From sequence record MT533174.1: a stretch of 64,000 nucleotides of DNA; one strand, given 5' to 3'. The notes below the pieces were generated by a model. It did not search any database and was not told where the DNA came from. It saw nothing but the letters and a program-made list of their open reading frames with translations. The translations under genes were made by a program, and so were the position numbers. The DNA is from Escherichia phage CJ20. Positions 18,915 to 28,160 of this stretch are shown here, one piece after another. Position 1 is the stretch's first letter; each line of letters starts with the position of its first letter.

Positions 18915-19304
18915 ATGAATATAAACAAAATGTATAGCGATGTATCTCCTGACTTGTCAATGAGTTGGGATAAAGACGTTGCTAAAGTAACTGGCGCAAG
19001 GTCCGTTAAGAACAGCCTTCTGGGAATAATCACCACAAGAAAAGGGTCAAGGCCTTTTATGCCTGAATTTGGATGTGATATAAGTAATCAGCTTTTTGAG
19101 AATATCACTCCATTAATCACAGATACCATTAAACGCAACATCGTCTCCGCGGTGCGGAACTTCGAACCGAGGATAAGCAATCTACAGGTTGCAGTTGTCC
19201 CTATGTATGATGATAACTCCATTATCGTAACGGTTCAGTTCAGCATTGTTGATGACCCTGATACCCTCGAACAAATCAGGATTCAGCTAAGTCAAAACGG
19301 TTAA
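18915..19304 (+). CDS. 25: Baseplate wedge subunit (gp25, lysozyme-fold)
   Basis: 129 aa; strong similarity to recalled T4 gp25 (SLLGIITTRKGSRPFxPEFGCD, VRNxEPRI). Confidence 0.9.
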   Translation: MNINKMYSDVSPDLSMSWDKDVAKVTGARSVKNSLLGIITTRKGSRPFMPEFGCDISNQLFENITPLITDTIKRNIVSAVRNFEPRISNLQVAVVPMYDDNSIIVTVQFSIVDDPDTLEQIRIQLSQNG

Positions 19305-19340
19305 TGCTTTAATTTTATGGCTGTATAATGGTTCTAGACC
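19303..19340 (+). promoter_or_regulatory. Middle promoter (MotA box ATGCTTTA, 12 nt, TATAAT) plus conserved GGTTCTAGACC, upstream of uvsY
   Basis: Motif. Confidence 0.55.
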
Positions 19341-19357
19341 CTTACATTGGATACATT

Positions 19358-19792
19358 ATGAAAACAGAGATTGAATATAAGTTGGAAGTATTTCAGGACG
19401 AGTTAGATGCAGATTTAAAAATTGATGGTACACAACTTCAATATGAAACACAAAACAACGTTTTGTTGCATAGCAAATGGTTGAGATTGTATACTAACTG
19501 CAAGAAAGAAATAATGCGTCTTGAGATTCAGAAGAAAACTGCACTGAAAAAACGACTAGACCATTATACAGGAAGGGGTGACCCAGGGGAAGAAGTATGC
19601 ATGGATGTATACGAGAAGTCAGAATTGAAAACAGTCATGGCCGCGGATTCAAGCGTGCTGAAGATTGATACTTCAATTCAATATTGGGCACTACTCCAGG
19701 ACTTCTGTAGCGCTGCATTAGATGGTGTTAAGTCACGAAGTTTCGCACTTAAACATATGTTAGAAATAAGACAATTCGAGGCAGGTAAATGA
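19358..19792 (+). CDS. uvsY: Recombination mediator protein UvsY
   Basis: Similarity to recalled T4 UvsY (TQLQYExxNNVxLHSKWL, KIDTSxQYWxxLxDFCSxALDxxKSRxFAxKH); middle promoter motif 19303-19329; track start 19328 lies upstream of the predicted transcript start. Confidence 0.9.
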   Translation: MKTEIEYKLEVFQDELDADLKIDGTQLQYETQNNVLLHSKWLRLYTNCKKEIMRLEIQKKTALKKRLDHYTGRGDPGEEVCMDVYEKSELKTVMAADSSVLKIDTSIQYWALLQDFCSAALDGVKSRSFALKHMLEIRQFEAGK

Positions 19793-19933
19793 TGAAACAG
19801 AATATTAGTAAGATTCTCGACGAGATGGTTATCTCTGCAAACTGAATAACTGAAATTGTTAATGAGATGAAAGCTCGTGCTGCTATTATGAAGAGTACTA
19901 AATAGATATGTAAGTTTAACTGAGGAGACAATC

Positions 19934-20101
19934 ATGTCAGATAAGATTTGTGTTGTCTGTAAAACTCCAATCGATTCTGCGTTGGTTGTGGATACAGACC
20001 AAGGTCCGGTGCATCCGGGCGCTTGTTATAATTATGTTCAGAGTTTGCCAGTTACGGAAAATACAGAAGAGCAACTGAACGAGACCCAACTTTTAATTTA
20101 G
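19934..20101 (+). CDS. Small Cys-containing protein (possible zinc ribbon), 55 aa
   Basis: ATG 19934 with SD GAGGAG; CVVC...HPGAC; in the position of T4 uvsY.-1/-2; not in ORF track (<60 aa). Confidence 0.4.
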   Translation: MSDKICVVCKTPIDSALVVDTDQGPVHPGACYNYVQSLPVTENTEEQLNETQLLI

Positions 20102-20126
20102 CTAGTGTTGTTAACCATTTTGGTTT

Positions 20127-20156
20127 TGCCCCTTCCTTTTGGTTGGGGCCTTTTTA
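20127..20156. terminator. Probable bidirectional terminator between uvsY-side ORF and uvsW.1
   Basis: GCCCC...GGGGC stem followed by TTTTT. Confidence 0.45.
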
Positions 20157-20157
20157 T

Positions 20158-20385
20158 TTAGAAATCTTCGTCTTCTTCATCGTCCATATCCTCAAGCTCG
20201 GCACGTTTACCGGCAAGAGCGTCACGAACACTGATATCATCGGAATCTTTCAATTCAGCTTCTTTGCTGCGCTTTTTATAATAACCTTCCAGCTCCTTCA
20301 GACCGTCCATGGTCTGACAAGAACCTATCTTAGACATGAAGCTTTCAATTGCCGCTTCATACATAATTTCTTCAAATGACTTCAT
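20158..20385 (-). CDS. uvsW.1: UvsW.1 small acidic protein
   Basis: 75 aa, near-identical to recalled T4 UvsW.1 (MKSFEEIMYEAAIExFMSKIGSCQTMDGLKELEGYYKKR). Confidence 0.85.
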   Translation of the reverse strand: MKSFEEIMYEAAIESFMSKIGSCQTMDGLKELEGYYKKRSKEAELKDSDDISVRDALAGKRAELEDMDDEEDEDF

Positions 20386-21884
20386 TATATTTCCACCTGT
20401 TTAATGATATAATTGAATTTTTCGTCTGCATACCGCTGAATACGTTCTAATGCGTGTTTCAGTGCAAAGTTAATATGAACATATTTCTTTTTAGCGTTTG
20501 CTGATTTGGGTTTGACCCCCATATCATCCACGATGTCCCACACGTTTGCGGTCGATTTGGATTCATGTTTTCGAAGTACACGACCAATTGTCTGGAGTAC
20601 AATTACCTTTGACTTGACCGGGTGAGCGAAAATAATATGATGGAGGTTTTTAACGGAAATCCCCGTTGAGAATACACCGTATGAAGCTACAACAATAATT
20701 CCCTTTCCATTCTCTGCCATGACCTTCAGAGCATTACGGGTTTCGGTATCAACTTCCCCGGAAACATAATACACATTCTCATGACCGGCTTCCTTAAGCA
20801 TTTCAAACATCGATTTACCGTGCTCGATATTCTTAAACATCAAAAAGACGTTTTCATCTTTTTTAGCAAGCTTAAGTGCAAGGTTTGTTACCCATTTATT
20901 TCTACGCGTAGCTTTCGTAATTACCTTGATTTCATCCTGATAAGTTTTACCTTTCATTTTAACGGTGAATTCATCAGGATATCGAAGGAAAATACTATTT
21001 ATCTTAAGGTCAGTAACTTGTCCTTCATCCATTAATTGGGATGTGGATACTGGTTTAAAGATATCACCAAACAGACCCATATATTGCATAAGGTTTGCTT
21101 TGCCGTCACGGAGAGAACCAGAGAGACCAAATTTAAACATACAATTAGTCAGGCCTTCGATAACGGTCGAAATGGATTTACCAGTAGCCATATGGCATTC
21201 ATCATTCATAAACTGACCGAACTGTGAAAACCATTCTTTAGGTTGTTTTACTGCCGTCTGATAAGTAGACACATAAATCATTGCATCCGAATCACGTTTA
21301 GTTCCGGAACGGATACCGAGACAAGCTTCTCGAGGGAACAATCTATAATCAACAAAGTCATTAATCATCTGGTCAACGAGCGCAGTTGTAGGTACAAGGA
21401 TAAGAACCTTGCCTTCATAGTTCTCGAGATAATATCGCGCCAGAAGCGCCTGGATGAGGCTTTTACCTGCAGATGTAGGTAAGTTCAATATTTTTCTTCT
21501 GTTGACCAGACCGTCGTATACGGCGTCTGTTTGGTACCAATGGGGAGTAATCTTGGTATGGCCTGAATAGATTTCTTTTGACTCGACCCATTTGTCGAAT
21601 TCTTCGCGAGAGATTTCTTCTTTCTCGGTGATTTGCGGGTCAATCCAAAATGAATAACCAAACTGGTCAGCGAATTTTTTAATCTGGTTAACTAAGCCGT
21701 ACGGTAATTTACGGTTATAATCCAGGAGACGGATACGTCCGTCCCAAACTCCCGCTTTGAATTTAGGGTTAAACCGATAGTTTTCGGCTTCAAAACTGAA
21801 ATAGTCACGGAGTTCATAGAAGATGCTATCTTCACATTCAACATGTACATGACTAAAATTTAAAAAGTTGATTTTGATATCCAT
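20385..21884 (-). CDS. uvsW: UvsW DNA/RNA helicase (SF2)
   Basis: Similarity to recalled T4 UvsW (MDIKxxF, LNLPTSAGKSLIQALLARYYLENYEGK, DECH box, VASYGVFSTGISVKNLHH); start at MDIK; TATAAATA on - strand at 21913-21920. Confidence 0.92.
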   Translation of the reverse strand: MDIKINFLNFSHVHVECEDSIFYELRDYFSFEAENYRFNPKFKAGVWDGRIRLLDYNRKLPYGLVNQIKKFADQFGYSFWIDPQITEKEEISREEFDKWVESKEIYSGHTKITPHWYQTDAVYDGLVNRRKILNLPTSAGKSLIQALLARYYLENYEGKVLILVPTTALVDQMINDFVDYRLFPREACLGIRSGTKRDSDAMIYVSTYQTAVKQPKEWFSQFGQFMNDECHMATGKSISTVIEGLTNCMFKFGLSGSLRDGKANLMQYMGLFGDIFKPVSTSQLMDEGQVTDLKINSIFLRYPDEFTVKMKGKTYQDEIKVITKATRRNKWVTNLALKLAKKDENVFLMFKNIEHGKSMFEMLKEAGHENVYYVSGEVDTETRNALKVMAENGKGIIVVASYGVFSTGISVKNLHHIIFAHPVKSKVIVLQTIGRVLRKHESKSTANVWDIVDDMGVKPKSANAKKKYVHINFALKHALERIQRYADEKFNYIIKQVEI

Positions 21885-21912
21885 GATGATTCCAAGGTAA
21901 TAAATATATCTA

Positions 21913-21920
21913 TATTTATA
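21913..21920 (-). promoter_or_regulatory. Late promoter core TATAAATA upstream of uvsW
   Basis: Octamer on - strand about 29 nt upstream of uvsW ATG. Confidence 0.45.
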
Positions 21921-21938
21921 CAATAACCGAGGTTCATT

Positions 21939-22607
21939 ATGATTGATAAGAACTATATTGAGGAAATTCGTGTCCTCGAGAAAAAAGAAGCCAAAGAAAA
22001 ATTAGCCAAATATGCAGCATCACTTGGTGTTGATGTTAAGAAAACAAAAACCTTTGATAATATGTTGACTGACCTGGAAGCAGGACTTAAAGCATTTGCT
22101 GACATGCCTATGCCTGATGATAATGAAGGCCTGAGCATCACTGACCTTATCGATGCCGATGATGAATTGTCAGGTGCTAAATTTGATGGCGATGAGTCAG
22201 CTAAAGAAGAAGCTAAACTCTTATTTGATGCTCCAACCGAAGCAAAGGTTGAAGTTGTTGAAATCGAAGAACCAACAGTTGTTGTGGTTGAAGAAGACGT
22301 TCCTTTTGTCGAAGAAAAGTTCGAAGCTGCTGTTGCTAAGGTTATCGAATCTGAAAAACCTGTATTTGCTCTGCCAAAAAACTTTAGTCCAAATCTTATG
22401 CTTATTGGCAAGAACCCTGGATTCTGTACTGTTCCATGGTGGATTTATCAGTGGATTGCCGAGACTCCAGATTGGAAAGAACGTCCAACTGCTTTCCCAC
22501 ATCCCACCGCGCACCAAACTCTATTTAGTTTGATTTATTACATCAATCGTAATGGGTCTGTTCTAGTACGAGAAACTCGTAACTCATCTTTTGTCACTTT
22601 AAAATAA
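21939..22607 (+). CDS. inh: Inh-like inhibitor of prohead protease
   Basis: 222 aa; size and position between uvsW and hoc as in T4; sequence identity not verified. Confidence 0.6.
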   Translation: MIDKNYIEEIRVLEKKEAKEKLAKYAASLGVDVKKTKTFDNMLTDLEAGLKAFADMPMPDDNEGLSITDLIDADDELSGAKFDGDESAKEEAKLLFDAPTEAKVEVVEIEEPTVVVVEEDVPFVEEKFEAAVAKVIESEKPVFALPKNFSPNLMLIGKNPGFCTVPWWIYQWIAETPDWKERPTAFPHPTAHQTLFSLIYYINRNGSVLVRETRNSSFVTLK

Positions 22608-22616
22608 GGGTTTATT

Positions 22617-23465
22617 ATGGCTTATACCGTAACTATTGCTCCTTTGGCGGCTACGGCCGTTATTGGAGCAACAACCAATTTCACTGCGACCGGTTCCGGT
22701 GCTGCAGCTGAAGGTACCGAATCATTTGTCTGGACCGTTGATGGCGTTCCTCAATCTTCTGTGACTGCTGCAATGGATTATGTTGCTGTTGGTCCAGCAG
22801 GCAGTAAGACTATTAAAGTTGTTGCAACAACTACACCAGCGGACGGCGGACCAGAAACAGCTGAAGCCGAAACAACTTTAACTATCCAGAATAAAACAAT
22901 GTCTGGTGTTTCTGTGACATTAACCCCAGCTTCGATTAATGTTCCGGAAGACACCATAGCTTCATTTAAAGCAGATGTAGTTGGCGCACCGAGTGGAGCT
23001 ACTTTTGCCTATTCTTGGAAGAAAGACGGTTCTCCTGTAGTTGGCACCACGGATACTTTAGCAATCGATACAAGCGCCGAAGGTTCCCAGTTAATTGAAG
23101 TTTCTGTTGTTGTATCTGCTACAGATTATAATCCTGTTACAGTTACCAAAACCGGTAATGTAACTATCACAGCCAAAGTCGCGCCAGTTCCAGAGGGTGA
23201 ACTACCTTACGTTCATCCGCTGCCAGTTCGTAATTCAGCTTATATCTGGTGTGGTTGGTGGGTTATGGACGAAATTCAGAAAATGACTCTTGCTGGGCAA
23301 GACTGGAAAACTGATGCTCCAGATAGCCCGTATTATTTGCACCGATATACCCTTCAAAAAATGATTACCGACTATCCAGAGGTTGATGTACAGGAATCTC
23401 GTAATGGTCGAATTATTCATCGCACCGCTTTAGAAGCTGGTATTATATACGATTACGTTTATTAA
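22617..23465 (+). CDS. hoc: Hoc-like outer capsid decoration protein (Ig-like repeats)
   Basis: 282 aa; T/A/V-rich repeated beta-type segments; position as in T4; shorter than T4 Hoc. Confidence 0.7.
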   Translation: MAYTVTIAPLAATAVIGATTNFTATGSGAAAEGTESFVWTVDGVPQSSVTAAMDYVAVGPAGSKTIKVVATTTPADGGPETAEAETTLTIQNKTMSGVSVTLTPASINVPEDTIASFKADVVGAPSGATFAYSWKKDGSPVVGTTDTLAIDTSAEGSQLIEVSVVVSATDYNPVTVTKTGNVTITAKVAPVPEGELPYVHPLPVRNSAYIWCGWWVMDEIQKMTLAGQDWKTDAPDSPYYLHRYTLQKMITDYPEVDVQESRNGRIIHRTALEAGIIYDYVY

Positions 23466-23467
23466 TT

Positions 23468-23497
23468 AAAAAGGGACCTTCGGGTCCCTTTGTTTTT
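23468..23497 (+). terminator. Rho-independent terminator after hoc
   Basis: AAAAAGGGACCttcgGGTCCCTTTGTTTTT; stem identical to the 12036-12060 hairpin. Confidence 0.65.
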
Positions 23498-23534
23498 ATG
23501 GTACTGTACAAACGTTGCCTGGCATAAAAACCCT

Positions 23535-23564
23535 GTTTACAAGTTAAAAATTCCATGTTAAGAT
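23535..23564 (+). promoter_or_regulatory. Early-type promoter (GTTTACA, 17 nt, TAAGAT)
   Basis: Motif upstream of ORF 23582. Confidence 0.45.
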
Positions 23565-23581
23565 AGCTTCACTAACTCAAC

Positions 23582-23785
23582 ATGAGAATCATTATGGATA
23601 AGGTTAAAGTACATTTTCTGCATGAATCTGGTATGACATTTATTGAAATCGCCAAGGTATTAGGCGGGACTGCTAAAGAGATGGCAAAAGCCTGGGTTGA
23701 TGTAGAACAAGCTAAAGCTAAATTTAAAGCGAAAGAAAAGATTGTTTATCGTAAACGTTTGAATAACAAAAAGGTGAAGAAATGA
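23582..23785 (+). CDS. Hypothetical small basic protein
   Basis: 67 aa; early promoter-like GTTTACA-17-TAAGAT at 23535-23564. Confidence 0.45.
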   Translation: MRIIMDKVKVHFLHESGMTFIEIAKVLGGTAKEMAKAWVDVEQAKAKFKAKEKIVYRKRLNNKKVKK

Positions 23786-24045
23786 CATTTGCAGAAGAAC
23801 TACGCCAAATAGCCAAAGAGTCACAAGATAAAGTTGCAAATGACTTTATTGCTATATTTCGCAAAGTGGCTATTGCCGCTGCCGAGAATGGCAAAGATGC
23901 TGTTAATATGGCAGTTTCTGAAAAAGAGTATGAAGAAGGAAACCGTGCAAAGATATCTGAATTTCTGCGGGCAGAAAAATTTACATCATTTACCTGGAAT
24001 TATGACTGGCAAGAAGCCAAGCCCATGCTGTATGTAAAATTCTGA
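23782..24045 (+). CDS. Hypothetical protein
   Basis: 87-aa ORF overlapping previous stop. Confidence 0.45.
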   Translation: MTFAEELRQIAKESQDKVANDFIAIFRKVAIAAAENGKDAVNMAVSEKEYEEGNRAKISEFLRAEKFTSFTWNYDWQEAKPMLYVKF

Positions 24046-24050
24046 CCCTT

Positions 24051-24090
24051 TTTGCTTCAAATAAAAATGCGGTATAATGGTTCTAGACCC
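24051..24090 (+). promoter_or_regulatory. Middle promoter (TTTGCTTCA, 13 nt, TATAAT) plus GGTTCTAGACC, upstream of rnlB
   Basis: Motif. Confidence 0.55.
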
Positions 24091-24174
24091 TTTGTGACTA
24101 TTAATTCCTTTCAGAGAAAGAAAGTATAGTGGGTCTAATTTATAATGATATTTATAACATCAAAGTGAGAGATT

Positions 24175-25182
24175 ATGTTTAAAAAATACAACAGCCTTGA
24201 AAATCACTATAACAACAAGTTCATTGAAAAGATTCGTCTACAAGGCTTCACCAGCGGTGAATGGGTAGCTCGTGAAAAGATTCATGGTACCAATTTTTCA
24301 TTAATTATTGAACAAGACAATGTGACATGCGCGAAACGCACTGGACCTATCCTACCCGCAGAAGATTTCTATGGTTATGAAATTGTATTAAAGAACTACG
24401 CAGATTCTATTAAATCTGTGCAGAAACTTTTGCAGGATATTAATTACCAGGCTTACCAGATTTATGGCGAGTTTGCCGGGGCAGGTATCCAGAAGAATGT
24501 GGATTACGGTGATAAAGATTTCTATGTGTTTGATATCCGCGTTACTAAGGAAGATGGCTCTGAATCCGTCCTGACTGACACACTTATGGAAGCCTTCTGC
24601 ATTATTCATAAGTTTAAAGTTGCTCCGCGCCTGGCTACCGGAAGCTTTGAAGACCTTATTAAACTCCCTAATGACCTGGATTCTGTGGTCCCTGATTACA
24701 ATTTTACAGTGGATAACGCAGGATTGACTACAGCAAATACCACTGATTTTGATGCAAAGGTGGAAGGTAAAGTATTCACTGCTGAAGGATTTGTATTAAA
24801 ACCTGATGTTCCTGCCTGGTTACCTAACGGCGAGCGTGTAGCGATTAAATGTAAGAACTCTAAATTCAGTGAAAAGAAAAAGTCTGATAAACCTATTAAG
24901 GCTGCTGTTGTGTTGTCCCAGGAAGACCTGGATATTTTATGGAAGTTCACTGATTATGTGACTGTTAACCGTATTAATAATGTTATCAGTAAGATTGGTG
25001 AAGTATCTCCGAAAGACTTTGGAAAGGTAATGGGTTTGACTGTCCAGGATATCCTGGAAGAAGCTGGTCGTGAAGGCCTTGAATTGACCCAGTCAGAAAA
25101 TCCTGTTGAAGTTAAAAAGCAACTTATCACAAATGTAAGAGAAACATTAAGACATGTTTGGATTGCATTAATTAGTGAATAA
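24175..25182 (+). CDS. rnlB: RNA ligase 2
   Basis: 335 aa; near-collinear with recalled T4 Rnl2 (MFKKYxSLENHYNxKFIEK...[17 protein letters not shown]...[19 protein letters not shown]); middle promoter motif 24051-24078. Confidence 0.92.
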   Translation: MFKKYNSLENHYNNKFIEKIRLQGFTSGEWVAREKIHGTNFSLIIEQDNVTCAKRTGPILPAEDFYGYEIVLKNYADSIKSVQKLLQDINYQAYQIYGEFAGAGIQKNVDYGDKDFYVFDIRVTKEDGSESVLTDTLMEAFCIIHKFKVAPRLATGSFEDLIKLPNDLDSVVPDYNFTVDNAGLTTANTTDFDAKVEGKVFTAEGFVLKPDVPAWLPNGERVAIKCKNSKFSEKKKSDKPIKAAVVLSQEDLDILWKFTDYVTVNRINNVISKIGEVSPKDFGKVMGLTVQDILEEAGREGLELTQSENPVEVKKQLITNVRETLRHVWIALISE

Positions 25183-25212
25183 AAAAAGGGCCGCAAGGCC
25201 CTTATTCTTTTT
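25183..25212. terminator. Bidirectional terminator between rnlB (+) and gp24 paralog (-)
   Basis: AAAAAAAGGGCCgcaaGGCCCTTATTCTTTTT. Confidence 0.6.
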
Positions 25213-26485
25213 CCAGTGGTGGAAGTTTAACACCAAGATAAGAACTCAATTGGCTTTGGTTAGCCATCTTATCCATATCAGCCCCATCAATAAGGCGGGC
25301 TTCTTTATCATCTTTAGCAACGGTGTAGGGGTTAGCTGTCAAAGCATAACGAGCTAACAGTGCAACCGTAGGCTGTAAGCTTTCAGGGTCAACAATAACC
25401 TTGAATTCCCCAACCGATGTATCACCCTCATCATCAACTTCGCTAAGCCCTTCCGTATAAGGCGCATAATACAAAGATGCGACCGTCTGACCCTCGCCCA
25501 TATCCGCATTTACGCCAACAATAACATAATCGCATGGACTATTCATATCTGCATAAAGAGGCAAACCGTTCTTCAGAACACCATAGGCCAATTCATCCTG
25601 GTCTTCCTTTTTCTCAACCCAGCCAGAAGCGGCTAAAATAGCTGCACAACGGGAAGAAGCAACCGCATATGTACCAGCAAACGAAGTCTGACGTTGAACT
25701 GCAGAATTCATTTCACACATATAATAATACAGGGTTCGTGCGCGGTCCTGTGCGTTATCATATTTCGGGTCAGTGAGATTCAACACACCTTTTTCAGAAA
25801 CACCTTGTACCTTGAAGCGAGAACTAACAGTAATAAGGGATTGCAATACATCCTTATTAATTTCCTCTGCCATTTGAATGCCGAGAATATTATCGATGAA
25901 GTCTGTTGCATCGAAACCGTTTGCTTCCAGGTCCTGAGCAAGCTCGACAGTTAAAGAAGTTTTCAACTTTCTGGATTTAACTTCAGTCTGCCATTTATCG
26001 ATACGGAAACCAGCTTCAGCAATTTCAGGATGCCCCTTTTCAAATTTATCAGTGAAAGCAGCATCTGACATCATTCTTATATGTCCAGCAGCAATGGCTT
26101 CAGAAATAACTTCACCTAAATCAGTTTCGAGTGTCCCGGCAAAGGGGGAAGCTTCCAGAACTTTGAATACAACGCTTTCAAACTGAAACATATCGCCGAC
26201 TGCATAAGCTTCGTCTTTGTTCGTAAATTCTGGGATATTCTTACGCTCGAACATACCAATCTGGCCCGCGAATGTCGCTCCACCAAGATATGTCATTTTA
26301 TCATCTGGGGTCAGAACACGAACACCATACAACGCTGCAACAGGCTGGGTAGTTTTCTGTTCGGCAACGAGTGCTTTAAAAATTCGTTTATTCGTGGCCT
26401 GGGTATAAGAAAGCAAATTAGGACGGGCGACCTGGTTGGCCGCCGTTAATGTTGATTCGTGAATTAGTGCGTTAATCTTTTGCAT
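25202..26485 (-). CDS. Capsid vertex protein gp24, divergent paralog
   Basis: 427 aa; roughly half the residues align with the adjacent gp24 ORF and with T4 gp24/gp23-fold motifs (QPVAALYGV, SRKLKT, TVELAQDLEANGF, EINKDVLQSLITVS, YAPYTEG, ANPYTVAKDDKEAR); ATG directly follows stop of upstream gp24 (TAAATG). Confidence 0.85.
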   Translation of the reverse strand: MQKINALIHESTLTAANQVARPNLLSYTQATNKRIFKALVAEQKTTQPVAALYGVRVLTPDDKMTYLGGATFAGQIGMFERKNIPEFTNKDEAYAVGDMFQFESVVFKVLEASPFAGTLETDLGEVISEAIAAGHIRMMSDAAFTDKFEKGHPEIAEAGFRIDKWQTEVKSRKLKTSLTVELAQDLEANGFDATDFIDNILGIQMAEEINKDVLQSLITVSSRFKVQGVSEKGVLNLTDPKYDNAQDRARTLYYYMCEMNSAVQRQTSFAGTYAVASSRCAAILAASGWVEKKEDQDELAYGVLKNGLPLYADMNSPCDYVIVGVNADMGEGQTVASLYYAPYTEGLSEVDDEGDTSVGEFKVIVDPESLQPTVALLARYALTANPYTVAKDDKEARLIDGADMDKMANQSQLSSYLGVKLPPLEKE

Positions 26486-27766
26486 TTACGCCTCATAAAT
26501 GATTGGCGGAAGTTTAACACCGAGCAGATAAGACATATTGCTCTGGCCGGCCATTAAATCCATATTAGTTGCATCGATAATACGAGCTTCTTTGTCGTCT
26601 TTAGCAACGGTGTAAGGGTTAGCTGAAAGTGCATATCGAACCATCAGGGAGATAGATGGCTGCAAACTGTCTGGGTCCACAATGACCTTAAACGCACCTA
26701 CGTGTTCTTCATCATCTAAGTCCAGGCCTTCGGTATAAGGAGCATAGAAGATTGAGCCTACGACTTCGTTTCCACCGTAATTTTCTTTAACGCCAACGGT
26801 TACATAATCCAATGGACTGTTAACATCACAGAATACAGGAAGACCATTAATCAAATAACCGTACGCTGTTTCAGGAAGCCATTGCTCGTCTTCAGGTTTA
26901 TGCTTCAGCCAGCCAGAACCAGCCAACATAGCAGCAACACGGCTAGAGGCAACAACAAAGGTACCGGAATAAGATGTAGTTTTCTGAATTTCGGAGTTCA
27001 TTTCGCAAACCAGTTCGTACAGTTTACGTGCACCTTCTGGAGCTGCATCATATGTTAAATCGATGGTGCCATTGTCAGAAACGCCAGTTACTTTATAACG
27101 CTTGGAAACGGTAATAAGAGACTGAAGAACATCTTTGTTAATTTCATCTGCCATAATAGTGGCAAGCAGGTCTTCCAAGAAAGCAGGAGCGTTAAACCCA
27201 TTTGCTTCCATATCCTGAGCAAGTTCAACAGTTAGTGCAGTTTTCAATTTACGTGTTTTAACCGGAGCATTCCATTTATTAACCTGGAATACAGCATTAC
27301 TAATCTCAACATCACCGGCTTCAAATTTCTCGGTGTGTGCCGCATCAGGAACCAAACGAATGGTTAATGCAATAAGACCTTCTTGCAGAACATCAGATAA
27401 CACTGTTTCTTTGGTCGATGCAAATGGATTATCAACCAGAGCTTTATAAACGGTATTTTGATATTTTACATATTCACCTTTAGCTACAGGCTGAGTGGCT
27501 GTAGTTAATTCTGGAATAGTTGTACGGTCTTTAGAACCGACTTCGCCACCATAAGTAGCACCAGTCTGGAAACTGAATTCATTATCAGGAGTAAGATATT
27601 TAACACCGTACAGAGCCGCAACTGGCTGGTTAGTACGTTGTTCAGCGATAATATCGCGGTAAATCAATTTGGTTGTAGCACGGGTCAAAGCAACAAGATT
27701 CGGGCGGCCCAAGGAGTTGCTGGTAGTGGTAGTTGACTCGCGCAGTAATTTGTTAATCTTTGCCAT
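26486..27766 (-). CDS. 24: Capsid vertex protein gp24 (T4-like ortholog)
   Basis: 426 aa; high similarity to recalled T4 gp24 (MAKINxLLRESTTTxSNSxGRPNLVALTRATTKLIY...); TATAAATA on - strand at 27793-27800. Confidence 0.92.
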   Translation of the reverse strand: MAKINKLLRESTTTTSNSLGRPNLVALTRATTKLIYRDIIAEQRTNQPVAALYGVKYLTPDNEFSFQTGATYGGEVGSKDRTTIPELTTATQPVAKGEYVKYQNTVYKALVDNPFASTKETVLSDVLQEGLIALTIRLVPDAAHTEKFEAGDVEISNAVFQVNKWNAPVKTRKLKTALTVELAQDMEANGFNAPAFLEDLLATIMADEINKDVLQSLITVSKRYKVTGVSDNGTIDLTYDAAPEGARKLYELVCEMNSEIQKTTSYSGTFVVASSRVAAMLAGSGWLKHKPEDEQWLPETAYGYLINGLPVFCDVNSPLDYVTVGVKENYGGNEVVGSIFYAPYTEGLDLDDEEHVGAFKVIVDPDSLQPSISLMVRYALSANPYTVAKDDKEARIIDATNMDLMAGQSNMSYLLGVKLPPIIYEA

Positions 27767-27792
27767 TTGCGCTTTCCTTTTGTGATATACTT

Positions 27793-27800
27793 TATTTATA
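27793..27800 (-). promoter_or_regulatory. Late promoter core TATAAATA upstream of gene 24
   Basis: Octamer on - strand about 27 nt upstream of gp24 ATG. Confidence 0.5.
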
Positions 27801-27806
27801 AAAGTT

Positions 27807-27836
27807 GTTTACAACCCGATTAAGATAAGACATAAT
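27807..27836 (+). promoter_or_regulatory. Early-type promoter (GTTTACA, 17 nt, CATAAT), duplicate of the 4641 element
   Basis: Motif and 24-nt identity with 4665-4688. Confidence 0.5.
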
Positions 27837-27872
27837 GATTTCATACTGAGTTACCAAACAATGGAGTCTAAA

Positions 27873-28154
27873 ATGAACAAAGTATCTTTCCTTCGGAATA
27901 CCTTTAAAAATCTGGAAATTGAAGTTGTTGCATTGGTCAACAAATACCCAAATGGTGTTAATGGTAATGCTCTGAACAAACTAGTTAAAAAATATGAAAA
28001 CTTAGCATATGATACTGATTTTTGGTGGAATGGTAATTATTCTACTCACACCAAAGACAAATCAGGTAACTGGTTGAAACTTCAAGAGAACAGTGTTAAT
28101 TTCAGAGACCTCATCAAGCGCCGGGTAGAAGTTCATTTAAATGGTATGGTATGA
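27873..28154 (+). CDS. Hypothetical early protein on the opposite strand between genes 23 and 24
   Basis: 93 aa from ATG 27873 (SD GGAG inside the track's 27861 start); early promoter-like GTTTACA-17-CATAAT at 27807-27836; terminator 28161-28190. Confidence 0.5.
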   Translation: MNKVSFLRNTFKNLEIEVVALVNKYPNGVNGNALNKLVKKYENLAYDTDFWWNGNYSTHTKDKSGNWLKLQENSVNFRDLIKRRVEVHLNGMV

Positions 28155-28160
28155 AAACAA

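Noticed and set aside
21891-21912. Possible + strand late promoter for inh (AATAAATAT)
   Set aside because: Does not match the strict TATAAATA core; only the - strand copy (for uvsW) is exact
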